DNA of 64,000 nt from Octopus sinensis (lineage: Eukaryota): positions 75,330,001 to 75,394,000 of the forward strand of contig NC_042997.1 in assembly GCF_006345805.1 (NCBI RefSeq), given 5' to 3'. The notes under the pieces are model-generated. The model had not been told where the DNA came from. It did not search any database and saw only the letters and a list, made by a program, of their open reading frames with translations. The stretch's first letter is position 1. Each line of letters opens with the position of its first letter. The translations under genes and the position numbers were made by a program. This document shows, piece after piece, positions 1 to 12,125 of the stretch.

Positions 1-1200
1 GGTGACGCGCATCCTCGATGATAGTGATGCTGTTGACATCGTTTTATTGGACTTTGCCAAAGCTTTCGACTCGGTAAGCCACCGCCTATTACTTGTCAAG
101 CTTCAAGCATATAGTTTCCATCCGGATATTGTACGATGGGTTGGTGCCTTCTTCTCAGATCGCTCCTTCCAAGTCCAAGTTAATGGTTCACGGTCTGACG
201 TCTCCAGTGCGAGCAGTGGCGTGCCTCAAGGTTCAGTGCTTGGGCCCTTGTTGTTCTTAGTCTTCATAAATGACTTGCCCGACGACCTCACGCAACACAC
301 CCTTCTATTTGCCGACGATATCAAACTGGTCGCTCCTCGCGGTAATATAGAGGATCTTCGTCGATGCCTCCACCAAATTTGGAAGTGGTCTAACGATTGG
401 GACCTGTGTCTGAACGTGTCAAAGTGCTGTCATCTGCCTGTCGGCTCTACTCCTGCAACTCAACTTGATTTCGAGCCGGGTCGTCTGCTGCTGGAGAGGA
501 CCGATCAGGTAATGGACCTGGGTATCTTGGTGGATTCCTCCTTTTCGCCTTCGGCCCAGTGCGTCCATGCTGCCAACAAAGCACACGGAATTCTGTTCTT
601 GATTCGACGGTCATTCGGAATGCTCACAGCAGCTATATTCCTACCACTCTATGTCACGCTGGTGAGACCCATATTGGAGTATGGGATTCAAGCCTCTTCT
701 CCTTATCTCCTCAAAGACATACAGCATCTCGAAAGAGTCCAGAAGCTGGCTACCCACATGGTTTATGGTCTCAAAAATTTGTCCTACAAAGAAAGGCTGA
801 GGACGCTCGACCTTTATTCTCTTGAAAAACGCCGCCGCCGTGGTGATCTCATTCTCGCCCACAACATCATAAGCGGAAAGTGTAACCTCTCGAAAGAGCT
901 GTTCTTCACTCCTGCTCCAGAGCGTCGGCTACGGGGTCATTCCGAAAAGCTCTACCTGCGACGATTTCATCTCAATCGAAGGAGAGGAGCTTTCTCCGTC
1001 CGGGTTGCGGATCCGTGGAACAAGCTGCCAGACGAGATGGTGAAGATGCCGACGACCGCTTTGTTCAAAGCCTCCCTGGACCTCAAGTGGCCTGAACTCT
1101 TTACATGAACACCACCCTGTACTTAACTCCATGTCCCCCTACATGGCCTTGCTATTTGCTTTTGAGCCAAATTAACTAACTAACTAACTAACTAACTAAC
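1..1200 (+). mobile_element. CR1-clade LINE, 3' part (RT and C-terminal region of ORF2, 3' UTR, (TAAC)n tail)
   Basis: Uninterrupted 368-aa ORF 2..1108 with LDFAKAFDSV, GVPQGSVLGPLLF, FADDIK and CR1-type C-terminus LERVQKLAT..LSYKERL..LYSLEKRR.RGDLI, RLRGH..KL, FSVRV...WNKLP; ends in (TAAC)7 at 1173-1200. Confidence 0.92.
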
Positions 1201-4200
1201 TCTGACTTCAAACCTATGGCCCGAGGATCTCGCTGTCACTGTCCCAGCTCGCTAGGCCATGGCAGATGAACTTCATGCTTAAAGGGTGGGGCCAGTTTGC
1301 GTGCACTGCACTTCACTTTAAAAATCTCCCTAGTGCAGGCCAAAGGACATGTCCATGTTCTGTGACCAGCCATCCTAAAAGCCCTGCAGCGATGGGCAAG
1401 GGGTGAATGCAGCAGGTGGAAGATGTCACTGGAAGCCGTAGTCTCAACCCTACATGTAGGCGGCTCAGGACTTTGGTTGCCTGGTTATCGACCCGGAGGC
1501 GACGACACCACTCAGCAACATCCTGAGTGACCAGGCAGCCCTATTTAGGGAGAGCACTGCCTGCTCAACATGGAGAGGGGCGGTAGAAAAGGTTCACCTA
1601 AACAAAGCTCGTCTCCTCTATACCCAGTTGGCTAACCATGGTCAACGGGCATCTTCAGAGCAGTCGAACAAACATGGAAACAAAACCGAAGAAAAGTAAG
1701 CAGGAGTTGAAAGTTGCCTGCTGGAATGTCAGGACCATACTTAACAAGGCTGACAGCAGCCTCCCGGAACGTCGTTCGGCTCTCATAGTCCATGAACTCT
1801 CCTGTCTCAACATTGATATAGCAGCTCTCAGCGAGGTCCGCTTCGCTGAAGAGGGCAGCCTCAAAGAACACGGCGCTGGCTACACCCTCTTCTGGTCCGG
1901 AAAACCATCATCTGAAAAGCGTGTGTCGGGTGTAGGACTCATGGTGAGGAATTCCATCACCTCCAAACTGGAAACGTTACCCACGGGCCACTCGGACCGC
2001 ATCATATCCATGCGCCTACCACTAGAGAGCAAACAACATCTCACTCTCTTCAGTGTTTATGCTCCAACTCTACTGGCAGATCCCGCAGACAAAGACAGCT
2101 TCTATTCTGATCTGCGCAGACTCTTGAACAACACCCCTGCAAACGACAAGATCCTGATCCTTGGCGACTTCAACGCAAGAGTTGGGAAGGACTCTGAGGC
2201 TTGGAAAGGAGTCCTTGGAAGACACGACGTTGGTGGCCGTAATGACAATGGGCACCTCCTGCTCGAGTTCTGCACAGAGCACCAACTTGCTATTACCAAC
2301 ACAATGTTCCAACAGAAAGATCGTCTGAAAACAACTTGGATGCATCCCTGGTCCAAACATTGGCATCTACTTGACTATGTGCTTGTGCGCCAGCGGGACC
2401 TGAAAGACGTTCTACACACAAGAGTGATGCCCAGTGCAGAGTGCCACACTGACCATCGCCTTGTCGGCTGCAACTCAAACTGCAGTTCCAACCCAAACCC
2501 AAGAAGAAAGGTAACCCCATAAAGAAACTCAATGTCGACAGCTTGTGCCGGGAGGAAGTGAAAATCAAGTTCCAAGCAAACCTGCAGCAAAGACTAGACG
2601 AATCCTCCTGCACTGATGACACCACCCTAGACACCTTGTGGGAGAACCTGAAATCAGCCATCCTTAAGACATCTATGGAAGTTCTTGGGCACACAAAGAA
2701 AAAAAACAAGGACTGGTTCGATGAAAATGACGAGGAGATCCAGGAATTACTAGCAAGGAAGAGGGCAGCTTATCAGGCCCACCTCGCACAACCAGCCTGT
2801 CTTGTGAAGAAAACTCCCTTTCGGCACGCATGCCGCACCCTGCAGCAAAAACTGAGAGAAATGCAGAACGAGTGGTGGGACCACCTGGCACGGAGAACCC
2901 AGCTGTGCGCTGACCTTGGAGACTATAGAGGCTTCTATGAGGCTCTGAAAGCAGTGTATGACCCCACCCACCTGGTCCAGAGTCCTCTACGCAGTTCAGA
3001 TGGACAGGACCTCCTCACCGATAACACCTCCATCCTCGCTCGCTGGTCTGAGCACTTCCAAAGCCTCTTCAGTGCTAACCGTACCGTACAGGATGCTGTC
3101 ATCCTTCGCATTCCTCAACTTCCACTCAAAGAGGAGCTCAACAAACCACCCACCCTCGAAGAAACGATTGAAGCCATAGGACAACTCAAGAGTTGCAAAG
3201 CAGCAGGAGTTGATGGCATCCCACCAGAAATCTGGAAGAATGGAGGTCCAATGCTCCATGACAAGCTCCATGATTTTCTTGTCTGCTGCTGGGACCAGAG
3301 TAAGCTGCCACAGGATCTTCGCGATGCCATCATCATAACCTTGTACAAGAACAAGGGTGAAAAGTCTGACTGCTCCAACTACCAGGGAATCACCCTACTC
3401 TCCATCACCGGCAAAGTACTTGCCAGGATCCTGCTCAATAGGCTAGTACCAACCATCACTGAAGAAAACCTCCCCGAGAACCAGTGTGGCTTCAGAGCCA
3501 ACAGAGGCACAATGGATATGGTGTTTGTCCTCCGCCAACTCCAGGAGAAGTGCCAAGAACAAAACAGCGGACTCTATGCTACTTTCATCGACCTTACAAA
3601 AGCATTTGACACAGTGAGCAGGACAGGACTATGGCTCATCCTGAAACGACTTGGCTGTCCCACCAAGTTTCTACAGATGGTGATCCAGCTGCATGAGAAT
3701 CAGCGTGGTCAGATCGGACTCAATGCTGACCTGTCGGAGCCCTTCCTATTTCCAAAGGTATGAAGCAGGGTTGCGTCCTGGCACCGACTCTCTTCAGCAT
3801 CTTCTTCAGCATGATGATCAAGCATGCAACTGAAGATATGGAGGATGAGGATGGGGTGTATGTTAGGTATCGTCTGGATGGCAGTCTCTTCAATCTATGG
3901 CACCTCCAAGCCCATACTAAGATCCAGGAGAGGTTGATTTGAGACCTTCTCTTCGCAGACGATGCTGTCCTTGTCGCCCACATAGAGCGAGCTCTGCAGC
4001 GCATCACGTCCTTCTTTGCAGATGCCTCACAGCTCTTTGGCCTGGAGGTCAGCCTCAAGAAGACGGAGGTGCTTCACCAACCTACACCCCAAGAAGAATA
4101 CCGCCCACCCCACATCACTATCTGCGGTACTGAACTGAACTCAACACAGCAATTTTCATACCTGGGCTGCATCATCTCATCCGATGCAAGGATCGACAAG

Positions 4201-4932
4201 GAAATTAACAATAGACTTTCTAAGGCAAATAGCTCCTTTGGCAGATTGTACAAATGTGTTTGGCACAATGGTGGCCTGAAGAACAAAACAAAGATCAGTG
4301 TCTACAGGTCAGTGGTTCTCACCACTCTTCTCTATGGCTCAGAGACCTGGATCACTTACCGCAGTCACATCCGTCTCCTTGAGCGCTTCCACCAGCGATG
4401 TCTCCGCACCATCCTCAACATTCACTGGAGTGACTTCGTCACAAACATTGAAATCTTGGAGTGGGCCGAGATCCCCAGCATTGAAGCCACGCTACTGAAG
4501 TACCACCTCCGATGGGCAGGGCATGTCTCCAGAATGGAGAACCATCGCCTTCCAAAGATTGCCCTGTTTGGCGAACTCTCCACCGGCCACCGAGTGAGAG
4601 GAGCTCCGAGGAAGCGCTACAAAGACTGCCTCAAGAAGTCTCTAACAGCTTGTCAAATTAACCACCAATGCTGGTCAGACCTGGCTGCGGACCGTGATGT
4701 CTGGCGCCACACGATCTTCAACGCAGTCAGCAAGTTTGAGGAACAAAAAAGAGACACACTTAAAGACAAGAGATGCAGGAGGAAGGTGCAAGCCGCCTCT
4801 GACACCACACCAGATGTTACCTTCATCTGAGACCTGCCTTTCCCATATTGGAATTCTCAGTCATGAGCGTGCATGCACGCGACGTGGACAGCCTTCATGA
4901 TCTTCCTTCGCAAAGCCAAGCCATAATAATAA
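1201..4932 (+). mobile_element. Near full-length RTE (BovB-like) LINE, APE-RT, disabled
   Basis: APE motifs (ACWNVRT, AALSEVR, LGDFNARVG, HLLDYVLV, TDHRLV) in 1638..2522; RT (QCGFR, FIDLTKAFDTV, KQGCVLAPTLF, LFADD) and C-terminus (LLYGSETW, LRWAGHV, RKRYKD) in shifted frames; frameshifts near 2480 and 3745, CGA>TGA stop at 3940; tail GCCAAGCC(ATA)n. Confidence 0.93.
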
Positions 4933-5879
4933 TTCAGAAGCAAGCTTTTGAATGGCTTTGTCAACATCTGATGGCCAACCACTATGTTTATCATCTTCAA
5001 GACTCTCGTCATCGCTACGTAATTTCCTGAACCACTATTGTGCTGTATGTTCATTAGTGGTTCCTGGGCCAAACGCATCGTTGATATCTCAAGCTGTTTC
5101 AGCAGCTTTTCAGCCTAGCTTGAACTGGGATAAGAAAATTGTGCAAATTTGCTTTTTGTCCATATTGTATTCAATGTTCCAGAAAAAATGGTCTAATTAT
5201 TCAAAAAGGAAAAGAGTAACATGATTAGATAGAGCAAAAAACGGGCTTTAAAATGATATATAAAATCAAAGTAATTATTTTGGAAATACATCGTTTAAAA
5301 CCAAAATTAAAAATTCCACAAGAACTTTTTTGACAACCTAATATTATAAGCTCCAAGAGCTAACATGTCAAGGATTTGTAAAAAAAGATATGAAGTTAAT
5401 TTAAAAATAAATAAATAAATAAATGCAGTCTCTAAATGTTGATAAACTCATTACATAATTCTCAAGTAAAAAGAAAATAATCAACTACTGAGTCATATTT
5501 AGACCAAATTGATTATCAATTTCCTTGCTTTCCATCCAACATCACACAGTTTGACAGTCATATTATTATTGTTGTTATTTTGAAGTAATTTGATGTGAGA
5601 TCATATGTTGAAACTGAAGTAATTACATCCTGGAAGAGCCACTTAATAACAAAGCTGTTAAATTCACTTTATTTTCTTTCTCTGGCACATTTTGATTATT
5701 TGGATCTTTTCGGTTTGAATGGCAGTTTTTTCTAGCAGTGTCATATGAAATTGTCACCCATAATTATGACCCTAGTATCGATCTATTGCATTTCAATCTG
5801 TTTTAGGGTTAGGGTTAGGGGTGGGAGAAGTGTATCTTTTTTTCTTCACAAATGTAAATAAACCCAATCTGTTTCTTAA

Positions 5880-6964
5880 CCCTTTCGTTACTATATTTCT
5901 GACCAAAATACACCCCTTATGTGTTTCAATTAATTTCTAATGTAATCATAAATTTAGTCTGGTTTCATTAAACAACTATAACTTTTTTTATTTATCAATA
6001 TATTAATCTGATTTTTGGAAGATAATTTAATGAAATATTCTCAACCAATTCTATACTATAATTTTTGTCACAAAGTGACTCTAATTGCAGGTAGATACAG
6101 GTAAATTCAACAAAATATAAAATTAAAATTTTGTTCAAACATCGCTATAGAAAATGGGTTATTAGCTAATATTCAATTGGGTATACAACAAAATTTTACG
6201 ATAGAATTTGTTATTCTGGGTAACTTTCTGATACCCATAATAATATTTACGGCAAAATAGTCTTAATTTCATTTAAGGTTATGGGAAACCACAAACTATC
6301 GTTTCTTTTGCTTTGTTTACGCTTAGCGTAACGGTTCGTTTTCGCCGTAATGATTTCAAATAGGCTCATTCGAAAAAGTAAAAAGAAATAGTCTAAGGCT
6401 TTACTCCTCTGGGAAAGTCTGTGGCTTGGTCCAGTTTCTTCAGAAAAATCACCGAAAGAAACAGTTTTTAAATTTTCACTCCATTCAGATGCCAATTCGT
6501 TTTCTTTATCGCTGTCGGAGCTCTCGAATTCACTGTTTTCACTTTCGGAAAATGAAACATCAGATTCATTATCAAATACCATGTGCTTTTTTTTTTCAGT
6601 CATAGAGTTAGATTTATGAAGGTCTTCAGTAGAAAATCCTTCGAATTCTGACTCGCTGCTTGATATAATGAAATTCGTATCCATTTTTTTGTCAGAATTA
6701 CAAATTTTGAAAACACAATAGGAACAAATTTCGGAAAAAAATCTCTCAAAATTCACGGAATTAAAATTACACTTCGATTATTGTACAAAACTGTAGTTGA
6801 ACTGTTTACGAAGTATAATACGTGTTTTCACGAATGTACTAAAGAGATTTGCTCTGATATTCTCATTTAAATATGAATAGGTAAATTCGGGCGGCTTTGG
6901 GCGGTTTGGTCACATTAACAAAAATTTTTTTCGGGCGGCTTTGGGCGTTTTGGTAACGAAAGGG
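5880..6964 (-). mobile_element. piggyBac internal-deletion derivative, copy 1
   Basis: TTAA TSDs at 5876-5879 and 6965-6968; TIR CCCTTTCGTTAC / GTAACGAAAGGG; subterminal GGGCGGCTTTGGGCG repeats; minus-strand ORF with piggyBac N-terminal motifs. Confidence 0.93.
6247..6684 (-). CDS. Truncated piggyBac transposase N-terminal fragment (145 aa from MDTNF)
   Basis: Acidic Ser-rich N-terminus, then FSEETGP..KALDYFFLLF..LFEIITAKTNRYA..WFPITLNEIK typical of PGBD-like transposases; no DDD catalytic domain. Expression unknown. Confidence 0.55.
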   Translation of the reverse strand: MDTNFIISSSESEFEGFSTEDLHKSNSMTEKKKHMVFDNESDVSFSESENSEFESSDSDKENELASEWSENLKTVSFGDFSEETGPSHRLSQRSKALDYFFLLFRMSLFEIITAKTNRYAKRKQSKRNDSLWFPITLNEIKTILP

Positions 6965-7379
6965 TTAAACGAAGGACATATTCATATGGCACAGAATGTT
7001 TTTTTACCTTGATTGGTTGAAATTGCAGAAATTGAAGAAAAAAAAAACAACAAATATTTTACAAACTATAGAATTTTCTCAATAAAGCCAAGAGAAAAAG
7101 ATGTTTTATAAACACATTCTACCAGTATACAAAGTTTAAAAGTGTTTAGTTACGTGGAAATTATTTTAAAAAACTGCCGTTCAAACTGAAAAGATCCGTT
7201 TCTTTTACATTTCAATCACAGTCGATGTATTTTTTCTCATTATTTTCCTGCAGTTATTACTCTTGTAATAATGAAGCACCCCACTTTTATATGGCATAAT
7301 ATGTCGCTCCTTTATCCTTTTTTTTTGAGTGCTAGGTGCACCATGCCACCCAGTTTAGCACCATCATCTGGCTTTAGGG

Positions 7380-10165
7380 TACCTTAAGTGGAGTTTATCC
7401 CTTGTAAGTATTCAGACTAGGCCTCTGGCTTGGGATTTCTATTCACCACCACCCTCTATGATACCAAGAAAAAAAAGATTCAATCCTCTGGCCAATTTCC
7501 TTTCTTTTCTCAAACACGTGAGAACTTCTATCCAACCTAAATCCCACTCTCTCTGAGTTTCAAATTTCCTGGTCTAGATCTACGACCCATATCTGTTGTC
7601 TAGCATGTACTCTCTAATACTCAAATTTCACTCCAAAAGGTGGTGTTTGTACACATGTCAACTGTACACACTCTCTTACTTGGATTTCCTCAATAATGCC
7701 TTCCAGATACTCTGACCCAAAGTCTCTCTCCCTCGTTTCTTCATTTCTGTTGTTCTCTGATAACCTTACATCACCTGCAACTCTAACCATAACTCTTCCT
7801 GCATTGAGAACATATATCTCACTTCTCTCCTTTCCAAAGTCATTGTCCTCAATACTCACATCATATGACCTTCACGCTCATCCAACACCAATGCTGCCAG
7901 TGCTGAAGCCAAATCCTTTACTATTTTCAGCTCTTTACACCAACTTACTTCACCGTCTAGACTGACATGCACAGACATCCCAAATACTCTTGACTTCTTT
8001 ATCACTTAAAACCTTATATCTATCAAACTGTGACTATCTCTGCACCTATTGGGTTATCTGACTCTTGCCTCATCATTGCATCTGAACACACACTCAGATA
8101 CTACACAGTGACCCCACTTCTCAGACTTATAGCACTTCAGGTCAACCACTTTTGTGCCAGTTATTCCTGATAGCACGAGCTTCACTCCTGACCCATCAGA
8201 AGTAACTTATTGAGTGACTAAAACCATTGTTTTAGGCATGTCATTCCACATATTCCATTTTAGGCATGTCCTTCCAGATAAACTCCAATGTCCCAAGTCC
8301 CCCTGAGTGGTTTACAAGGACAAAATTCAAGGCCCATGGTTGAAAAATCATATCCACTTCCCAAATGTAGGTGCTGTTCTCCCAGCAGTGCAACTCCTGT
8401 GAGGCATATAGCCTATGTGCATAGGAGGCATTCATGCATCATATAGCCTTCAAGCTTTCCTGCCTCCCAAATTGAGCTGATGCTTCTGTTCCCTTGCTAA
8501 TAGAATCTCCATGAACTTTGCAGAGTACTCTTTTCTGTCTTTTGTAAACAGCAATGGTTCTGTTAGCAGTACAACCACAGAGGAAACATCAATGTTCACT
8601 GCTCTCTTCAACTTCTTACTGCTTCACCTTCTTCCACCTTCTAGATATCAGCAGCTTTGTTAGCAGTACAGTCTTGAAGAAAGCATCCACATCCACTACT
8701 TGTTTTGTATCTAACTCCTCACTACTATGGCTAATCAAATCTTTCTTCTTGCACTCTACCAGGTTCCCTACCTTGCCAAGTGCAGAAATACCTCAGATTG
8801 CTTCAAAACAACAGTAATTATGTCCTATCTATTACACTCAAACATTGTGCCTTATACTCTCCAAGTTCTTAAATCTTTCGCTCTTTATGGAGATATGCTC
8901 TCACATTTGGAAACACATTTCAGTGTGTCCCATTTCAAAGAAACATCTGTTGCGTAATGGAAACCTCAGTAAAGTAATGCAAACCACCATAAACAATGAT
9001 TTTCTCCAACACCTTGAATTCCTCTCTCTCCTCTGTGACCACCAGTACTGCTTCCACAGAGCCATACAATGGAGGATCTTGCTTTCAAGAAGTTAGTTCA
9101 GTGAAAACAGTACTGTTGCTTTAGGCATCAGCAAAGCCTTTGACCATGTCTGGTATGTGAATCTCAGCATACAAAACTTCCTCTGTGTGAACTTCATCCA
9201 TCTCTCATTTCTTGGATCAGTATCTTCCTATCAGAATGCACAGTTGCAGCATGTATGGTCAAAGTTCTTTTAACACCATTCTCAATCAACTCTTGTATTT
9301 TCTGGGATTTGGTTTTGTCTTCACTCTCTTCCTTCTATATATCAATGACCTATTTGCTGCTACATCATACAGTGCCCACTCTCATGCAACCCAGGTACCA
9401 CATGCCAAACCTGCATTGATTCTATGAATGGTGACTTGAGAATATACTCCAGTAGAGCCATGCCAATCTTGATTCATCTCTTTAGCAATAAAAAAGAAAC
9501 TCAAGCTTTGTTTATATTCAGAAAATATTACTTCTTTCTCTACCCCAACCCCTGTATGCATAAGAGACACAGAAGCATTCTGCTAGAGTATACAAAGTCA
9601 CTCCAAATGATGAGCTTTACTAACAGTGGGAATCTCTCTTGTTGAAAGCACATCTTTGACATAATTAAGGCTATCCCATTGACCAGCCCTTCTCTTCAGA
9701 GCCAGGACATGTCTTAGTCCTCAACTGTTAATTATACTATACAAGGATTAAGTGAATCTCACAAATGAAGTACCACAAACTTATAGGACAGTGCTGTTAC
9801 TTTACACACACACATTTTGACCTATGTCCAGAGAAGAGTCATATCTTTAATGGGCAGTCTCCAGTCTCAGGTTTATAGGCATTCTCTCCTCTGTGTCTTT
9901 TGTGTCACTACTCTGTTCCTCAGAACTGGTTAGTCTCATCTCTCCTCCATTCAGGCACACCCATTCATCTCTTTGTCATTCATGTTGCATCTAAACTCCA
10001 CTGACCTTACACTAACAACTATAACCAACTCTTCTTCCTTAAAACAGTAGCCCTTTGGAATCTTTTTCCTAGTTGCTAACCTGAAACAAAAGTTAATGAC
10101 ATCAAGTCTTGGAGGTCCTACAAAGGTCGTAAGTGCTTCTCCTTCTAGATTCAGCTAGTACAAAA
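7380..10165 (+). mobile_element. Old, heavily degenerate CR1/L2-group LINE
   Basis: Remnant RT motifs: GACCACCAGTACTGCTTC (DHQYGF-like, ~9037), ATCAGCAAAGCCTTTGACCATGTCTGG (ISKAFD.VW, ~9127), LFLLYINDL (~9325-9350); many stops; boundaries approximate. Confidence 0.65.
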
Positions 10166-10179
10166 AGGTTAAAAAAAAA

Positions 10180-10930
10180 CACTTAAGGAAAAGTTTTTAG
10201 TAATGACAAAATGATAGAGAACTTTAAAAAACCAAAAGTTAAAGTCTATTGGAATTCCAAGAACATACTAAAGATAAAAAGAGAGAAAAACTACTTTGTG
10301 GGCTATATCTGGCATGACTCAACCAGAAGTTAAATAAGGTAGTTAGAAACCAACAATGACTCAAAAGTTCTGGGTTAAAAGTAGAAACAGAAGGTCTGAT
10401 TTTAGCTGCAAAGTAATTACAAAAATCAGAGTGATGAAAAAAAAAATTGACATCATGTACAGCCTAGCAATTACTGAGACAATTGGCCACATTATTCCTG
10501 ATTATTCAGTTCTTGCCAAGTACAGTTATATCCATAAACATGATCAAAATGGTTATATGCTGACACTTAATGAAAATGAGTAAGCAATGGTATAAACATG
10601 TGCCAAATATGGCACATTAATAACAGCTTGGCCATAATCTCTGACATGCCTTTTTAAAACTGACAAAATCAAAACAAACTATCAAGATATAATTATCAAA
10701 GACAAAAAAATCATCTGGAACTACATGAAGAGACTGTCAAAATACAAGATCTTAAAATTGAAATAAGTAGGATGTAGAGTAGGGAATTGAAAGCAGTACC
10801 AATTCTTGAAGCACAATATATTATAAAGAATATTAACAAAATTTTAAAACCATATGAGGGCACACAAATTAAAACACTCCCCAAAAGATAGCACTGCTTG
10901 ACTCAGCCCATATGCAAGATACTTTTTATT
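10180..10930 (+). mobile_element. Degenerate R4/Dong-type (restriction-like endonuclease) LINE 3' remnant
   Basis: ETIGHII..YSVLAK.SYIHKHDQ (decayed ETIxHIxxxCxxLA...YxxRHD) at ~10477-10548 and KYQDLKIEISRM-like at ~10740-10776. Confidence 0.6.
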
Positions 10931-11068
10931 CAATTGCTACTAGATACCACACTCAGCTCATAACTTACATATAAACTGCCTGATAAAATAACATGTTTTA
11001 CAGAATAACCACCAAAATTATTGTCGTTGTTAATGATGATGAAGATTAATGACCACATTTTTTTTCAG

Positions 11069-11196
11069 CTTTCTTTAATTGTGGATGGAAAACAGTTCAA
11101 CTTTGTTCCAGTTGAACCTGATAATGATAAATTAAATTACCTGATCACCCACATAGGAGTCTCTCTACAGAGTGTCTTTCCTGGTGTTCCTTTAGA
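11069..11196 (+). CDS. CARMIL: CARMIL/LRRC16 internal exon A (end of PH domain)
   Basis: tttttcAG|...|GTAAGT; LSLIVDGKQFNFVPVEPDNDKLNYLITHIGVSLQSVFPGVPL(E), matching vertebrate 'LAHIGTCLRKIFPG'; ends phase 2 and joins next exon in frame. Confidence 0.85.
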
Positions 11197-11683
11197 GTAA
11201 GTAGCAAACACTTATATATTTTGACTTCTTTGTTTTACTCTCTCTAGAATCCAAATAAATTGGCATTCAAACAAGGATACCTATAACAAGTATTCCTTAT
11301 ATATCTGGGGTTGCACAATGAGCAAACACTCCACACATATTCATAAACAAATTTGAGCATGTGTGGGGAGAATACAATTTTGTATGTATCTAATTTAATG
11401 CTTTCAGCTTTCAGTGTTAGTTAATTTTCATTCTTATATAGTAGCATTGGTATATTATTTGTCAAGTCTTAAACTAATTTTATAGTTTGACTGAATTCAT
11501 GAATAGTTGTCAGCTGGTTTTCTAGTTGCATATTGCTATCCTATAAATGGATTTAAGTCATCCATACAGAGATGATTCAAATCTGTTAGAATGTATTAAG
11601 AATTCAGTTCTATATTTAAGGGATGAGGAATTCTATACATTATTTACATTTAATGGATATTTGTCCTCATCTTGTTTGTTGTT

Positions 11684-11729
11684 AACACAACGTTTTGGCT
11701 GATATACCCTCCAGTCTTCTTCAGGTGTC
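11684..11729 (-). ncRNA. Type I minimal hammerhead ribozyme, probably inactive (G12>A)
   Basis: Minus strand GACAC-CTGAAGA-A-GACTG-N10-CAGCC-AAAA-CG-TT-GTGTT; conserved GAAA reads AAAA. Confidence 0.65.
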
Positions 11730-12079
11730 TTGCGGAAATATCGAACCTGGGTTCTCATTCCTAAGGTATTTTTCATTGTTATTGTTGTTGCTGTTGCTGC
11801 TACTGTTGTTGCCACTGCTACTGTTGCTGCTGCTGCTGCTGTTGTTGTTGTTGTTCGGGTCACTGCATGGAATCCAACTCGGAATCTTGGGGTTAGTAGT
11901 CCACGCTCTTAACCACTACGCCATATGCCTGTGGGTATAATGCATAGTAGTTAAGTGCGCGGGCTACTAACCTCAAGATTCTGAGTTGGATTCCATGCAG
12001 TAACCTGAACACTAATAATAATAATAATAACATCGAAAAATACCTTAGGAATGAGAACCCACGTTCGAAATTTCTGCAA

Positions 12080-12125
12080 GACACCTGATGAAGGCTGGAG
12101 GGTATATCAGCCGAAACGTTGTGTT
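12080..12125 (+). ncRNA. Type I minimal hammerhead ribozyme (PLE type)
   Basis: Stem I GACAC(12080-84)/GTGTT(12121-25); core CTGATGA 12085-91 plus extra A; stem II GGCTG/CAGCC; GAAA 12113-16; palindromic ACGT stem III; predicted cleavage after GUU at 12120. Confidence 0.78.

Larger units (their letters stand above)
5702..7197. mobile_element. Non-autonomous DNA transposon (MITE, ~410 bp net) with ~30-bp TIRs, interrupted by piggyBac
   Basis: GGATCTTTTCGGTTTGAATGGCAGTTTTTT at 5702 and reverse-complement match AAAAAACTGCCGTTCAAACTGAAAAGATCC ending 7197; internal (TTAGGG)3 at 5803-5820; no clear TSD. Confidence 0.8.

Noticed and set aside
1201-1637. HDV-like ribozyme in the RTE 5' UTR
   Set aside because: Could not build the nested double pseudoknot by eye; the true 5' end is probably displaced upstream by the CR1 insertion.
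5803-5820. Chromosome end or true telomere
   Set aside because: Only three units, internal to a TIR element.
11633-11940. Poly-Leu/poly-Ala/Thr ORFs
   Set aside because: Produced by the (GTT/GCT)n spacer of the palindromic element.
11865-12000. Functional tRNA genes
   Set aside because: No acceptor stem, mutated B box, embedded in a repeat; these are SINE heads.
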